DNA of 64,000 nucleotides from Protoeuglena noctilucae. Lineage: Eukaryota. The notes under the pieces were generated by a model. It saw only the letters and a list, made by a program, of their open reading frames with translations. It searched no databases and was not told where the DNA came from. Positions 1 through 12,447 of this stretch are shown here, in pieces. Location: NCBI GenBank assembly GCA_958009085.1, contig OY253668.1:930001-994000 (forward strand), given 5' to 3'. Within the stretch, counting starts at the first letter, position 1; every line of letters begins with the position of its first letter. Position numbers and translations under genes: made by a program.

Positions 1-24
1 CCCCGCAAGCTGTCGGAGGACGCG

Positions 25-1227
25 ATGCTCACGGAGGAGACGGAGCACCCCGACGAGGGGGAGGAGTACGCGACGCACCCGCGCTTCCGGGGCACGGACC
101 CGCGCCTGCATGCCGCTGGCAAGAAGGGCGCTGCGCGCAGCAGCCAGTCGCGTGGTGCCGTGACCCCGGAGCGGCGGGAGCAGCTGCGGGCGGCAGGCCG
201 CAAGGGCGCCGCGACGCGCAAGCGCCAGGCGGCTGAGCGTCGCGAGGCGGAGCGGCACAAGAGGATGCGCGGGGGGGAGGAGTTCGGCGAGGAGGGGGCC
301 TACGAGGACGAGGAGGAGGGGGAGCCTGGGGACGAGGAGGAGCTCGGGGAGGAGGCGTACGAGGAGCCTCAGCGGGGGCGCACCACGCACGAGAAACTGC
401 ACCTGGCCGGCAAGAAGGGCGCGGCGCGCAGCAGCCAGTCGCAGGGCCGCATCCCGGCCGAGCGCATGGAGGTCTTCCGCCAGGCTGGGCGCAAGGGCGG
501 CCACCGCGTGCAGGAGCTCGCGCATGCCGGGCGCGCGGGCGCAGGCGGGCAGGCCGCCGACACCTACGAGCGGCTACGCCAGGCCGGCAAGAAGGGCGCG
601 GCGCGCAGCAGCCAGTCGCAGGGCCGCATCCCGCCCGAGCGCATGGAGGTCTTCCGCCAGGCTGGGCGCAAGGGCGGCCACCGCGTGCAGGAGCTCGCGC
701 ATGCCGTGCGCGCGGGCGCAGGCGGACAGGCCGCCGACACCTATGAGCGGCTGCGCCTAGCTGGCAAGAGGGGTGCGGAGCTCAGCAGCCAGTCGCAGGG
801 CCGCATCCCGCCCGAGCGCATGGAGGTCTTCCGCCAGGCCGGGCGGAAGGGCGGCCTGACGACCCAGCGCCGCGCCCACCTGGGCCGGGACGCGGCGGAG
901 GGCGAGGACGTGGGCGACGTGCCGCAGGAGGAGCTGGAGCGCGCGCAGGAGACCTACCGCCGCGTGCAGCAGGGCCAGCGAAAGGGTGGGCTTGCCCGGG
1001 GCGGCCGGGGCTCCTCGGGTGCTCGGGCGTTGACCGGTGCTCGCACGCGGCGCGACGAGGACACGCGGCTGGTGGACGAGGAGCTGCGGATCGAGCAGGA
1101 GGACTACGAGTACGAGCCGGAGGAGGAGGACGAGGACGAGGAGGAGGAGGACATGGAGGGCCTGGAGGAGGGCATGCACACCCGCAGTGGCGCACACTTC
1201 GGGGGGCGCGAGGTGGCAGCCCACTGA
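25..1227 (+). CDS. Hydrophilin-like stress protein with KGG / LEA group-1 (Em, GsiB)-like repeats and acidic tracts; may begin upstream of the window
   Basis: Intronless 400-aa ORF with repeated AG[KR]KG[GA] motifs (e.g. ERMEVFRQAGRKGG) and Glu/Asp-rich tracts. The frame is also open from base 1. TGTAA lies 49 nt after the stop. Confidence 0.7.
   Translation: MLTEETEHPDEGEEYATHPRFRGTDPRLHAAGKKGAARSSQSRGAVTPERREQLRAAGRKGAATRKRQAAERREAERHKRMRGGEEFGEEGAYEDEEEGEPGDEEELGEEAYEEPQRGRTTHEKLHLAGKKGAARSSQSQGRIPAERMEVFRQAGRKGGHRVQELAHAGRAGAGGQAADTYERLRQAGKKGAARSSQSQGRIPPERMEVFRQAGRKGGHRVQELAHAVRAGAGGQAADTYERLRLAGKRGAELSSQSQGRIPPERMEVFRQAGRKGGLTTQRRAHLGRDAAEGEDVGDVPQEELERAQETYRRVQQGQRKGGLARGGRGSSGARALTGARTRRDEDTRLVDEELRIEQEDYEYEPEEEDEDEEEEDMEGLEEGMHTRSGAHFGGREVAAH
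406..855 (+). repeat. Coding tandem repeat, 177-bp (59-aa) unit, about 2.5 copies
   Basis: gccggcaagaagggc occurs at 406 and 583, and gctggcaagaggggt at 760. The spacing is exactly 177 nt and the intervening sequence is near-identical. Confidence 0.95.
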
Positions 1228-1275
1228 GCATGGGAAGCAACGCGCCCAGGGCGCCCAGGGCAGCTCGCCGCTGCC

Positions 1276-1280
1276 TGTAA
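1276..1280 (+). promoter_or_regulatory. Putative chlorophyte-type polyadenylation signal TGTAA
   Basis: TGTAA downstream of the 25..1227 stop. This is the known chlorophyte near-upstream element, but a 5-mer is weak evidence alone. Confidence 0.4.
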
Positions 1281-2347
1281 GCGAACCTTTTCAGCGGACC
1301 TTTTCTAGACCTCCCCGTCTTGCGCTGCGCGCATTTCACCTGCCTGCACCTCACGCACCCTGAACTGTCACGTTGCAGCTTCTGCCTGCCACGCCCGCCG
1401 CCGCTCGCTGCCGCGTCTAGCGCGCTCTCAGCAGTTGAAGGGCACGCGTTGTAGTCATTCCGGTTCAAGCCAACCGGACATGCCCAGCGAGGGACCACGA
1501 CTCCCGGCTGTGATACGGGCCACGAGGCGGAGCCTCTCGTGAAACATGCCAACCAGCATCGAGGCAGGCTGCGGCGGAAACCCCAGCCATCCAGGAAACG
1601 CATGCGAGGGCCGGAACCGGCGAACGGGGATGTCATGTCAGGGCTGCCATATATAGGCGGTGGTGGCAGCCCAGGCATTCAGCAGTCCAAAACACTGACG
1701 CGAGTCAGCAGGAGGCAGGCACGGCCTCAGGACAAATACGAGCCCGGCCACGGAACAAGGGAGGGAGTTGACACCCAGCGGGAGTGAAGCGGCCGAGGTG
1801 TCCGTGGGAAAGAGCGCGGTCTGAACCAAGACCAACGGCAAAAGGGGCAACGCTAGGTGCTCTACCGGAGGCAATGAGGCGCTAAGCTAAGGAGATGGCT
1901 AGAAGGTCAGGATGAGGGGATGGGCAAAGGATAGACCGGATGCGGATCAGTCCTGCGCAGGATGGAGGGGATTCTAATGCACACCTGTGCTGAAAGGGGT
2001 GTCCACTCGGACTGCATATGAATGGTACCGAGTAGGTGCGAGCGGACGGCGATGAAAGGGGCGCTGAAAGGGAGATCTACCCTTGCCCTGGTAGTTTGCG
2101 CCCAGGACAAAAGACGCGCTGGGCGGTCACGCGGGCAGAATGGGAAGACCTGAGCTACGACTGGCGAGGCACGACGTCCAGAAGGAGGCCAGCGAGCGCA
2201 GGGGTCGCTGCGGCCCAGCTCCCTGAGCCACCTCTGCGGGCGAGACGCGGTGGCCATGAGCACATGCGCGCCTTGCTGGGTTAGCACTCCTGAGACTCTC
2301 AGGGAGGAATCCTTGCCGCAAAGAGCCATCGCCCGCTCCTCCTTCTC

Positions 2348-4127
2348 TCACCACTGAACGGAGCGCCCCCTGCCGGTGCCGCCTCTGGGTGCACACGCGC
2401 GCGCCCGGGGCCCCACGCCTTGCGGTGCGCGGCCCGGTCGTCGGATGCGTGCTGCGAGCGCCTTGGGGCAGCCGGGAGCATCCTCTGCGAAGCGGCCTTG
2501 GGGGTCGACCCGTGCCGGGAACTCCGGTGCAGGAGGGTCCCCCAGAACGCGCTCATCCTGCTGTTGCGCATGGTCCGGCTGCGAGCACAGGTGCCGCCAC
2601 GTCATTAGAGTGTCTCTGCAACCGCCCACGAGCGCTGGTGGCCACTACGCCCGACTCCTCACCCCTCGGTCAGCGTCGAATCCTGCTTGCCCTCTACGGG
2701 GAGGGACCCGACGTCCTGCGCGAAGCTCGCGGCGCTTTCGGCATGCAGTACGCCGCCCCTGTTCGCCCGATGCACGAAGTTGCTCGGGTGGAGCTCATGC
2801 CACGTCGGCGGGTCCACGTGAGCGCGGATCCAGGGGTGGTAGAAGAGCTCCCACGCTGCGAGGGGCGGGTTCTCAGTCGGGCTCTCAGGGGTCACGTGCC
2901 ATCAAGGCAGGCGGTGCGGTGCCGAGGGGCGTGCGCACGGCTCGCGTCTCACCTGTCAGTCGCATGCACGGGTCGAGCTCGAAGCAGGACGAGAGGAAGT
3001 CCACGGCATCGGCGGAGAAGTCCTCCGGAAGGATGACCTCGGGCCCCGCAGCCAGGGCGTCCACGGCTGCCTCAGGGGTCCGGACGTGCATCAGAGGGGA
3101 CCGGCCCGTCATGTACTCGCTCATGAGCACGCCGAAAGCCCACACGTCCACGGCCGACGAGTAAGGGGAACGGCTGGTGCGCGACGCGTCCCGGCGCAGT
3201 TTGGCGCCCACGGGGAGCTCGGAGGGGTGGGCGAGGAGGAGCTCCGGTGCCATGCTGCTGAGGGTGCCGACGGCCGAGGAGGGGCGCCGAGTCGAGGTGT
3301 CGATGGCGAATCCGAAGTCCACCAGCAGCACGTTGTTGCCCTGCGCGGGACGCCACAGGCAACATGTGGGGCGGTCCTGGCGCAATCCCCGACCCAGCTG
3401 GCCCCTCCCACGCCCCCGGCCTTACCTGATCGACGAGCACGTTCTCACACTTGACGTCGCGATGCACGATGCCACTGCCGTGAAGCGACGCGAGCGCGGA
3501 GAGGAGTTGCGCCGCGATGCGCGCCGACCCCGCCTCCGACCGGTCCAGGCGCGCCCAACTTGCAGACATGTCAGGGCACCCACCGTCGCTGTTCTGCACC
3601 AGCGGCATCACCAGCGCCAGCTCGTGCGGCCCTTCCAAGAGCCGCAACGGGCGGAGTATGTGCGGGTGTGTGACTGCGCACTGCGTCGCGAACTCGGCGT
3701 GGATGTTGTCGCTGACATCCGTCTTGTGGATTCGACGCTTGCAAACTTTGATCGCGACGCTGTCCCCCGTTGCACGGTCCCGCGCATGCCTGCAGGCGAG
3801 AAGAAGAGTGTGCAAGGTGTCATCGGCGTTTGCGCCTAACGCGGCGATCGGCCGCGCGGTGCGATCAGCAGTCGCAATATGAACTATATAAATGCGGGGA
3901 GGGGCCAGCTCTCGCAGTTACGCAGAGAAGAAGGCAAGCCCGGCTCCGCCCGCTCACCAGACGCATCCGTAGGTCCCGGAGCCCATCTTCGTTACAAATT
4001 CGATCTCTGGGAACGACAGAGGCAGGGCATCCGCCTCCGGGACAGGAGGATGACTGCAAACCGCTGCCGGAGGAGCAGCCGCCTCGTGGGAGGCGCACGC
4101 GCCCAGCAGGAGAAGGCCGGTGTCCAT
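2348..4127 (-). CDS. Ser/Thr protein kinase (multi-exon; 3' end uncertain)
   Basis: Exon 1 (4127-3958) ends MGSGTYGCVW (Gly loop). Exon 2 (from 3789) has VAIK and HRDVKCEN. Exon 3 has DFG, GTLSSMAPE and DVWAFG. A later exon has LFYHPWI. GT-AG introns join these in frame. Confidence 0.9.
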
Positions 4128-4455
4128 GTTGAGAAGTGTAAAGCAGCTGCGGCGCCGTCGAGCCTGGGCGTGTACTCAGGCGTGAGGGGAGGGCGCAGGA
4201 GTTATGGGGAAGCTGCGGCCCTCCAGTCTCTGTGTCTCATATGTCCATGTTAGCGGCGTCAATCATACGCCTATGTGCCCGGTTGCGACGCGCCAGGGCG
4301 TGTCTTGGCACTGGGCGGTCAATGACCTAGGTCAAAGTGTAACCGCCGTCAGGCCGCCTGGCGGCGTTCTGCAGCTGAAGGAGCCGCTGGTCATGCCGCC
4401 CCTGCGTCTCTGCTCAGCGCACTTTCACAAAAAAGTCCCTATGACCGGGCACTGC

Positions 4456-7400
4456 TCACACCGCGCGCGTCTGCTGCAGCTGGTCGCGGACCCATGCGTC
4501 CAGTGCCGCGCGCGCGTCGAGCTCGTAAAACGCCCTCTTGTTGATGCGCAGGACCGCGTCACCAAGCTTGCCGCTCTGCTCCACGCGCAGCACCCTCGGC
4601 AGAGCCTCGACGAGCAAGTCCACCTGCGCGTGCAGGCAGTCTCAGCGTGGATGCCAGGACGCAAGCCGCACAGCCCAGCCGCCGCTCTGCTTCGGACATT
4701 AAGCAGGGCACCTGCCGGCGGCTGTCCTCGGCCGAGATGGCCGCCCGGTGACCGTGCTGTGCGAGCACCACGCTCTCCACCTCGGACCTCCTCATCGCGT
4801 GCAGGCCCCTGCCCCAGAAAAGGTCCTGCGCGCAGTCGCAAAGTGCTCGCGGCCTTTTGCAGTGCGAGCCGCGACCCGGTCTGCCTCCCGCCTGTCCCCC
4901 ATGCCCCTCGCCTTGACATACTCGAGCGACTTGGCTGCCATCTCTAGCTGTCGCCGACGCTCACGCCGCACCACCTCGGCAGGGTCGTTCTCCGCCGCCC
5001 AGTTCCGTTCGACGGCCTGCGTCCAGCCCCGTCAGGCCTCAGTCTGCTCCCGCCGGCGCATTTGCCTCGCCAGTCCCAGGCACAACAACTGCCGCACCTC
5101 CAGCTTCTCCAGCGCATCCTGGCTGACGACAAACCCTTGTCCGACGTGCACCCGCGTGGGCGGCGTCCCTGCTGCCATTCCCTCGCTCATCCCCGCGGTC
5201 GCCAGGGACTTGCGGCCGCCACCCGCCGCCCCACGCGTGCCCTCGCACCCCGACGTGGACGGACGCGGCGCCGGGAGCCTGTGCGACGAAGGCGTCTCCC
5301 ATGCGCCAGCTGCCTCAGCCACACCGTGGCCTCTGTCGAGCAGGCCACGTGCCGCCCCAGCCTGGTCCGCAGCCTTCCCCCACGCGCCACCCGCCGGGCC
5401 AGTCGAAGTCTGCGCGGTCCCTCCCGCTACAGCGACGTCGCTGGCTGGCGCGCTGGCGGAGGGGGTCGCCGGTGCGCCGGCCCCCGTAACGGAGAGGTGC
5501 AAGCTCCAGCGGCGGCCGTTCTCTGCCAGACTGTCCGAGGTCGCCAGGCGGGCCATGGGCAGCGACGCGCGGCTGCTCCGGCGCCCCGTCGCGGACAAGG
5601 CCGGTCCACCGACAGGGAGCGCGGCGACCGTGGAGAGGTCATCCCACTCCGGCCACGCCTGAAGGGGGCTGGTATGGCTGCAGAGGAAAAGGTCGCCAGG
5701 CCAATACACGAGGACACAAACGCGACACATGCCTGGCGTGCCTGCGTCATGGCCCTGCCCACCCTGCAAAGCCCACCCACGCCTCACCGATGCTTCGCTT
5801 GCAGCTCGCATAGCTGCACCTCGCCCGCGCCCCCCAACACGCTCTCTGCTACGTGCCGCACCAGCCGCGCACGCATCTCCGCCCGCATCGTTTCCAGAGC
5901 CGTCCCCGACAGCGTGGCAGCCCTGTGCGGTGTGCCCACGGCACTGGCTGGGTCCCGAACCTGGGGTCGAAAGAAACCGGGAATATGCATGGGCACATGT
6001 TCCCCGGCACACCTCCACACCTTTGCAGCCCATATCCCCTCACCTCCACGTACACTTTGGGAGGGCCTCCTTCCCCAGGCAGACGCGCGTAGGTCGCCTC
6101 TCGGATGCTCACGGCCTCCGGGAACACTCCCGCCACATGCTGCACGTGGCGCGCCGTGCAGCGGCGCCCTGAGTGCTGCTCAACATGCCTCACCAGGGCC
6201 GACATTTCGTGGCGCTCCCGGCCCCTCGTCTGCAGACGCAGGCATTGGTCGTAGTCGCGCCCCGCCTGCAGGCGGGGCCAAGCGCAGGTCAAGCCATGCC
6301 TCAAGCGGCGCATCCTGCGCGCTCCTCACCGTCATCACGGCGTGCAAGGCCAGCAGCGCCTCAAAGTGCAGCTGGAGAACCTGGAGGGCGTCGGGCAGGT
6401 CGATGCTGCGGTCCACGGCAATGCCCCGACACAGGATGGGGCCTTCCGCAGGCCCCACGCCTCCCGCCGCGCTCGCCAGCTGCGGGCCCAGGTTGCGCGG
6501 CGCTGCCGCCTGCAGCCGCTCGCTCGGCCCCGCCCAGTTCCCCCGCGCCGGTCGGTCATTCTCCGCGGCTGCGCTCTGCCGGCCCTGCACGACCCGCGCG
6601 ACCGCCGCCTGGTACCCCGCGTCGCCCGGCCGCAACCGCTGCCTGGCCTGGCGCGTTGTCGCCGCCCCTGCGTGGCCTCGAAAGGCAGTCGGGGTCGGCG
6701 AGTCGCCGCAGTGGCCCCAATCGCCCCACCTGTCGTGCGCCCTCACCTGCTCGGCCTGCAGCCCGCTCCAGCAAGCCCCCGCTGTCGAGCTCCTCCGCCG
6801 CCGCCTCCACGCCCGTGACCCCCCCCGCGGGCTCCGTCGTCTCTGCGCCACCCAGTGGATGCGTGCTCGCGTCCTGGCCCACCTTGGCTCCCCGCAGCCC
6901 AAGTGCGTCAGCACCGTGGCGTGAATGGGCGGCCGATGGGGATGCCGGACCGGACAGCGTCCCGGCACGTGTGGCGGTCGCTTGCAGAGGACGGCCCCCA
7001 GAGGCCTCCTGCCGAGGATGGGGTGGCATGGGGTCCGCAGCAACAAATGCGTTGGCCAGGGCTGTCGAGGGATGTCGAGGGGTGAAGGCGGGGTAGGATT
7101 CGTCAAAGCACTCCTGCAGCGGGATGCGTGAACGAAGCTTTTTCACGGCCCATGCGCACCAGACGCCACAGCTGCATGCCGACAGCATCCCCACCCAAAC
7201 CCCCCTGCACTCGCACACCTGGGTGGCGGGGAGGCCCTCCTCCTCGGCGTCAAATGGGTCGCCGACCGCGCCACGCGCCGACCGAAGGGCCTCCGAGGGC
7301 GTGACGGGGGAGCAGCCCCTGGCAACCGACGCCCGCCCGGTGCACGGCAGCACGTGCGCCGCCCTGCCCTCGCCAGCGTCGCCTGCCCCGTCCGCCTCGC

Positions 7401-9743
7401 CCACCGCTGTCCCAGGCGTGGCACGCGGCACCCCTCGCGGCGCCCCACCGCCAGACGCGGGGCTCGCCTCCAGGCGCCCTCTCCGGCCTCGCCGCACCGT
7501 GAAAACATCCCAATCATCTGCCTCCTTCGAAGACGCCTCCCCCTCCCGCTCCCGCGGCCCGTGCACCACGTCCGTGTCGGGTGCCGATCCCAGCCCTGAC
7601 GCAGCGCGCCCCTCCGGCGGGCCATGCACACTCTCGACCCGCTCGCCGACGGCCCGGGGCGGCGGGGTGGTCCCCGCCAGCAGCGCTCCAGTCATGGCGC
7701 CCGTCCCGGTCGAGGGAGCGCCCTTGCCCCGGGGTGGGGGCGCGCGCGACGCCTCCCCATGCGCTGCCACGCTGGGCCTGCGACCTCCCTCGGCTGCGGG
7801 GCCTTCGGACGTCGCTCTCGCGCGGGGGGTGAAGGGCGTGGCACAAAAAGGCGTGGCCAGGCGCTCTCCTGCGGCACCACGCACGGACACGTTGGATGCC
7901 CACTGGCGCTGCGGGCCCCCAAGCAAGCGCAAGTGATCAGCGAACTCTGTCGCCGAAGCTGTCAGTGTATGGCCCTCACCGGCTGGACCAGCGGTCGCCC
8001 TGGCGCGCCTTTGTCCCGCATCCTCTCCACCAAACAGTCGGCCCATCGACGCGTCCGCAAGTGATTCCCGGGCGACTCCCCCCCGGCGATCCTCCCTGGC
8101 TGCCTCGCCCACAGTCGCGGGGTTCCGATCAAACGCAGCTGTCCTTCGCCCCCCACGAAGCGTTGCTGCAGCCCCCTGCCTGCTTGCCCTACCGGTCTTG
8201 CCCCGCACCGACGTCCCGTGGGTCCCCTGTGGCCCCGCGGTGGACCGCCGCCGCTTGGCCGGCGGAGGAGTGGTGCCGGTCGAGCCGGGGTCGTAGTCCG
8301 AGTCGTCCGAGTCAGACTGCAGCTCCTCGAAAACGCCTGCCTCGGTCGTCCCGCTGTCCTCGGGGACAGCCACGGCCGCCGGAGCCGCCGCATCCCTCGG
8401 CACGCATCCCTGCAAGCACAGCGCCAGCAGTCGCAAACGGACAGGTGCCAGGCACGATGCCGAAAGGGCGCAACCTGCGCGCTCCCTTGCACCTGGCCAG
8501 CAGCCATCTCCTCACGCCTCCGCTTGGCCCGACCCTCGCTGCGCTTCCGCTGCCTGGCTTCCCCGCCCACACCCGCCGCCCCTTCCGCTGCATCCCCGGG
8601 CTGGCAAGCGAGTCCCGCCCTCTGTACCGTCCCGACCTGGTGCGCCGGCGCCACGGGGGCCGGCACAGTCGCATCACCAGGGTCAGAAACGTCCCTTGCC
8701 ACAGGCATATCCCCGCGAGGCGACGCAGTGCCTGGGTCAGCCCGCACCGCCGCGCTCCTACGCTCCTGGGCCGCGCTCGCCACCCTGCCTCGGACAACCT
8801 TGCCCCCCCGCGTGGCCCACGCGGGTGTGGCATCCAGCCTGGCAGCCGACAGCACCTGCCCCGCCGGGGACGCCGGTCCTACGCCGGCCGTCCCAGGGTG
8901 GGCATGGGCGGGGCGAGGGTACCGGGGGCGGGAGCCAGGGTTTGGAGAGCCGAGGCGCGCCGTTGCGGGAACAGGGCAGTCTCCAGCCCGCAGGATCAAG
9001 CGCCCGCTCCGAAGCGTAGTGGGAGGGGGGGTGGGAGTGGCTGCGGGGCTTTTGTGTTGGCGCGACACGGGCGTCGCGGTCGAGGGAGGGTCGTTCCCCG
9101 ACACATGCGCTGCATGGTCCGACACGTCCCCAACCGCCTGTGCACCCGAAACCCTCGCCGGCGTTTGCCGCCGGCCGGGTCCTCTGCAAGAAAGGGACAT
9201 GCAGAGTTGCGACTTGTCGTGGGGATTCCGAAACCCCGCAAAGGACAGCCAGCCGCGTGGGCAGGCGCATGGGGCAAAGTCCCAGCCAGCTTTGGAGGCG
9301 GCACAGCTCACCTGGCCGAAGACCCGCGCTTTGGCTTGGTGCGTGCTCTCAGCCCACCCGCAGGGATCCCCGGGTTCGTCCCTGCTTGTTCGACGGGGTT
9401 CCGCGACTGCCCGAAGTAGAGCAAGTTTGCTGAGGCACAGGAGCATGGAGGGGACATATGGCGCGCAACCAGCGTTTGCGCAGCGAGAGGGGGCAGACGC
9501 CGTGTCGGGCCATGCAAAGGAACACCGCTGGAGGCCGCGTCGGAAGCGGAGCGGCGGACTGAGCGCGGGGCTCACCAAGAACAGCGTCCTTAGCGCGACT
9601 CGCTGCGCTGCGCCGGGGCCGCATCTCCGACCCCATGCCGCCACTCGCACTTCTCTCCCAGACTCCAGCAGCTCGTGTGAGGACGCTGAGGTCACACGGG
9701 CCCTCGCAGGCGCCGCGGTGACCCGAGCTGTCGCCAGGACCAC
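4456..9743 (-). CDS. CDT1: DNA replication licensing factor Cdt1-like, with long disordered N-terminus (5' end uncertain)
   Basis: Middle domain VRHVEQHSGRRCTARHVQHVAGVFPEAV resembles the Cdt1 geminin-binding domain. VSQDALEKLE resembles the MCM-binding linker. The spliced C-terminus ARRTFSG..ISAEDSRRQ|VDLLVEALPRVLRV..VLRINKR resembles the Cdt1 C-terminal winged helix. Upstream exons are low-complexity, with SP/TP sites and an NLS-like PAKRRR. Confidence 0.7.
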
Positions 9744-10698
9744 GCCCCGTGCTGAGGCTCTACCGGCGCTTCATGAAGCTGCTCGCGGGGCGCAATTACA
9801 GACGTTTTTGACAGTCGTTACGCGAGAGGAGCCGCGGGTCTCTTGAGCGCCTCCCGACGCCAGGGGCGGACCAGACCTGGGCGAGGCCCAACTTTGAGTA
9901 TCCCGCTATAACGGCGCCTCAGCACTGAGCTGATGCACCCACTCAACCGCAAGTAAACTGCATGGGGCGCCGGGAGGGCGGGGCATCTCCTCCCTGCGCC
10001 GGACTGGCGGGCGGACTGGCAACTGGGCGGGAGCGCCCAAGCGTGCCGAGGGAGGGGCCCGGGGGACAGACAGCGACACGCGAGGTACTCTCGGTCACAT
10101 TTCTATCACATCGTGGGCTGAAACCGGGCTAAAAGGACTTCAACCCAAGGCGGGGTGAGCGCGCCAGTGCAGGGGCCCTTGCAGGCTGTCTGAGCTCCCT
10201 CGCCCAACATTATTCTCAAGACAACCTCATCACGCCTGAACCTGGCCTCGAGATGGTCTCGCGGCGCGGCGGCAGCCGCTGTTTTCCCTGATGGCGGGAG
10301 TCGCCGTCCCGGCGCGTGCAATCGCCTTCCGGGCCCTCCAGCCCCCGTAGTAGGTGCATTTACTACCTATCAAGCGGTGTGCGAGTTTCGCACAGGTCTA
10401 GGCGCACGCGTAGCTTCGCAACGCCGGTTCACCCGTGTGTGCCCTAGTTGCCTTCCGCCCGGACGCTGAAAGCGTTTCTCTTGGACGTTTTCACTCTCTG
10501 TGGTCGTGTCGTACTATCGTGCATCGTGTGGGCGACCACAGCTCTTCGTTGGCCTCGCGGCGGGGCAGCCAGGAGGTCACCCATTGCCGCCCCTGTGCTT
10601 CCCGCGGGAGCCCGTCGTTCCGCAGCCTTTCCTCGCCGACGGCACGCGATCCTTCCTTTACGCGCAGAGTTTTCACCGACCGCGGTGAGCGAGGCCCG

Positions 10699-12388
10699 AT
10701 GGTGAGAGCGCGGCGGCGTGGCCATGAACAGGCATGTCCCGGCATGCGCCCAAGTGCCTGCACCATTGCCTCGTTTCGACGAAATCCTTTGTCCCCCTGC
10801 AGACGCCTACGGACGCTGAGCAGCAGACGCTTACGTACGCTGAGCGGTCCAGATTGGACCAAATTGCGCGAGTGAAGGCCATGTTGGTCACGATCGGTGT
10901 GGAGAAGGCAGGTGCGGCCGTCGCGGGCGGGCGGTACGGCGCGCTGCCCGCCGGCGTGGGGAGGAACGCTTCCGCGTGGGCCGTCCGCAGCGTCGGACCT
11001 CGCCGCGGTGGTGCAGGCGCAAAAGGCGGCCCGCGCCAAGCCGCGGCAGCCCCAGCGTCGCCTCGTCCCTACTGGCCCCAAGCGCCGGTCGGGGCGCATT
11101 CAGGGCGAGCGGCCAATCTACAACGAGGACGTACTTGCACGCATCATGACCGACGACGACCGTCGGAGGCCCGGCGCCGCGGCGGCGGCCCGAGAGCTCC
11201 GCGGAGGGGCAGGGGAAAACCCGGGCTACGGCTACGTCGAGCTGGTGGGCGCGGCGGCGGCCAAGACGAACCGAGATTCTTGCTGGCGGTGATTGAAGGC
11301 TGCGAGGGCCGGCGGCCATCCAATGCCCATCTCACCTCACCCCTCCACGCAGGTGAAGGACGTGTTTGGGGAGGACGACGAGGCGACGCTGCGGGACATC
11401 CAGGAGAAGCGCTGCAACGGCAGCCGCGGCCGGGGCATCGTGTACGATAACGTGGCAGGGATCACGTGCCACTTCTGCCGGCAGAAGAAGCTGTGCGCCG
11501 AGCCGGAGTGCCGCCGGTGCCACGAGCGCGACCCCAGCTTGCCGTGCGCGGGCAAGAGCGAGTGCTCGCGGTGCGGCAGCGCCAGGGGCCGCTTCTGCCG
11601 CCAGTGCCTGCTGGTCCGCTACGGATGGACACTGGAGGAGGTGCGCCAGCAGATGGAGGACGGGACGGTGAGAAGATGGGACGGGGCGGGTGTCGATGAC
11701 CTTTCCTGAAGCGGCGGCTGGTCCATCGGAATGATCCACGGCGATGGCGCCCCGCAGTTCCTGTGCCCCCACTGCTATGAGGCGGATCACCCCGACGAGG
11801 CCTGGATCTGCAACTCGTCCATCTGCATGAAGAAGCGGGGCCTGGCGCCTACGGGTGAGCCGGGGCATAGGATTTGTGCGGGCGCGGGCGCGGCGCTCGG
11901 CCTTGGCCGCATGCGCTCCCGCCTCGCCACTCGCAGGCATTGCCATCTTCGAGGCGCACGACCGTGGCTTCCGCAGCGTCGGCCACTACGTGCAGGCGCA
12001 GCTCCTCAAAGCGCGCCAGGCCAGCGACGAGCCCGCGGAGCCCGCGGCTGCCGAGGGCAACCAGGCCGGCGACGAGCCCGTGGCCGCGGCCGCCGAGAGC
12101 GACTCAGGTGCGCGAGCCGCACCCTCATGCGCGTCGTTGGCACATCGGCACTCGTGTGCCATGGACGGTCGCCCTCTGTCACTACCCTTGGTACGAACCC
12201 TCCCTCGCGCAGATGTCGTGCTTCTGGGGTTCGCTAGGCGCCGCACCACGATCGCCAACGACCGCCCCGCGGTGAACGGGCGCAAGCAGGCGGCCAAGCA
12301 CAGCCAGGCGGAGGCCGGGGCGCGCGTCGAGGCGCCCGAGGTCTCGGAGACGAGCAAGCGCCCGCGCCGCTCCTGCACGGCGTACTGA
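10699..12388 (+). CDS. CDCA7: CDCA7-like zf-4CXXC_R1 zinc-finger protein
   Basis: Spliced product contains YDNVAGITCHFCRQK...RGRFCRQCLLVRYG...CPHC...ICNSSICMKKRGLAPTG|IAIFEAHDRGFRSVGHYV, colinear with the CDCA7 zinc finger. N-terminal YAERSRLDQIARVKAML and RRSGRI motifs are also present. Confidence 0.85.
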
Positions 12389-12447
12389 GTTCATCCTGAG
12401 CTGAACTGTGGGGCAGCCTTAAAAGCTTGGCAAGGGGCAGGTGCCCA

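Noticed and set aside
1400..2340. Short ORFs between the KGG gene and the kinase
   Set aside because: No recognisable motif or consistent exon chain; probably UTR or intergenic sequence.
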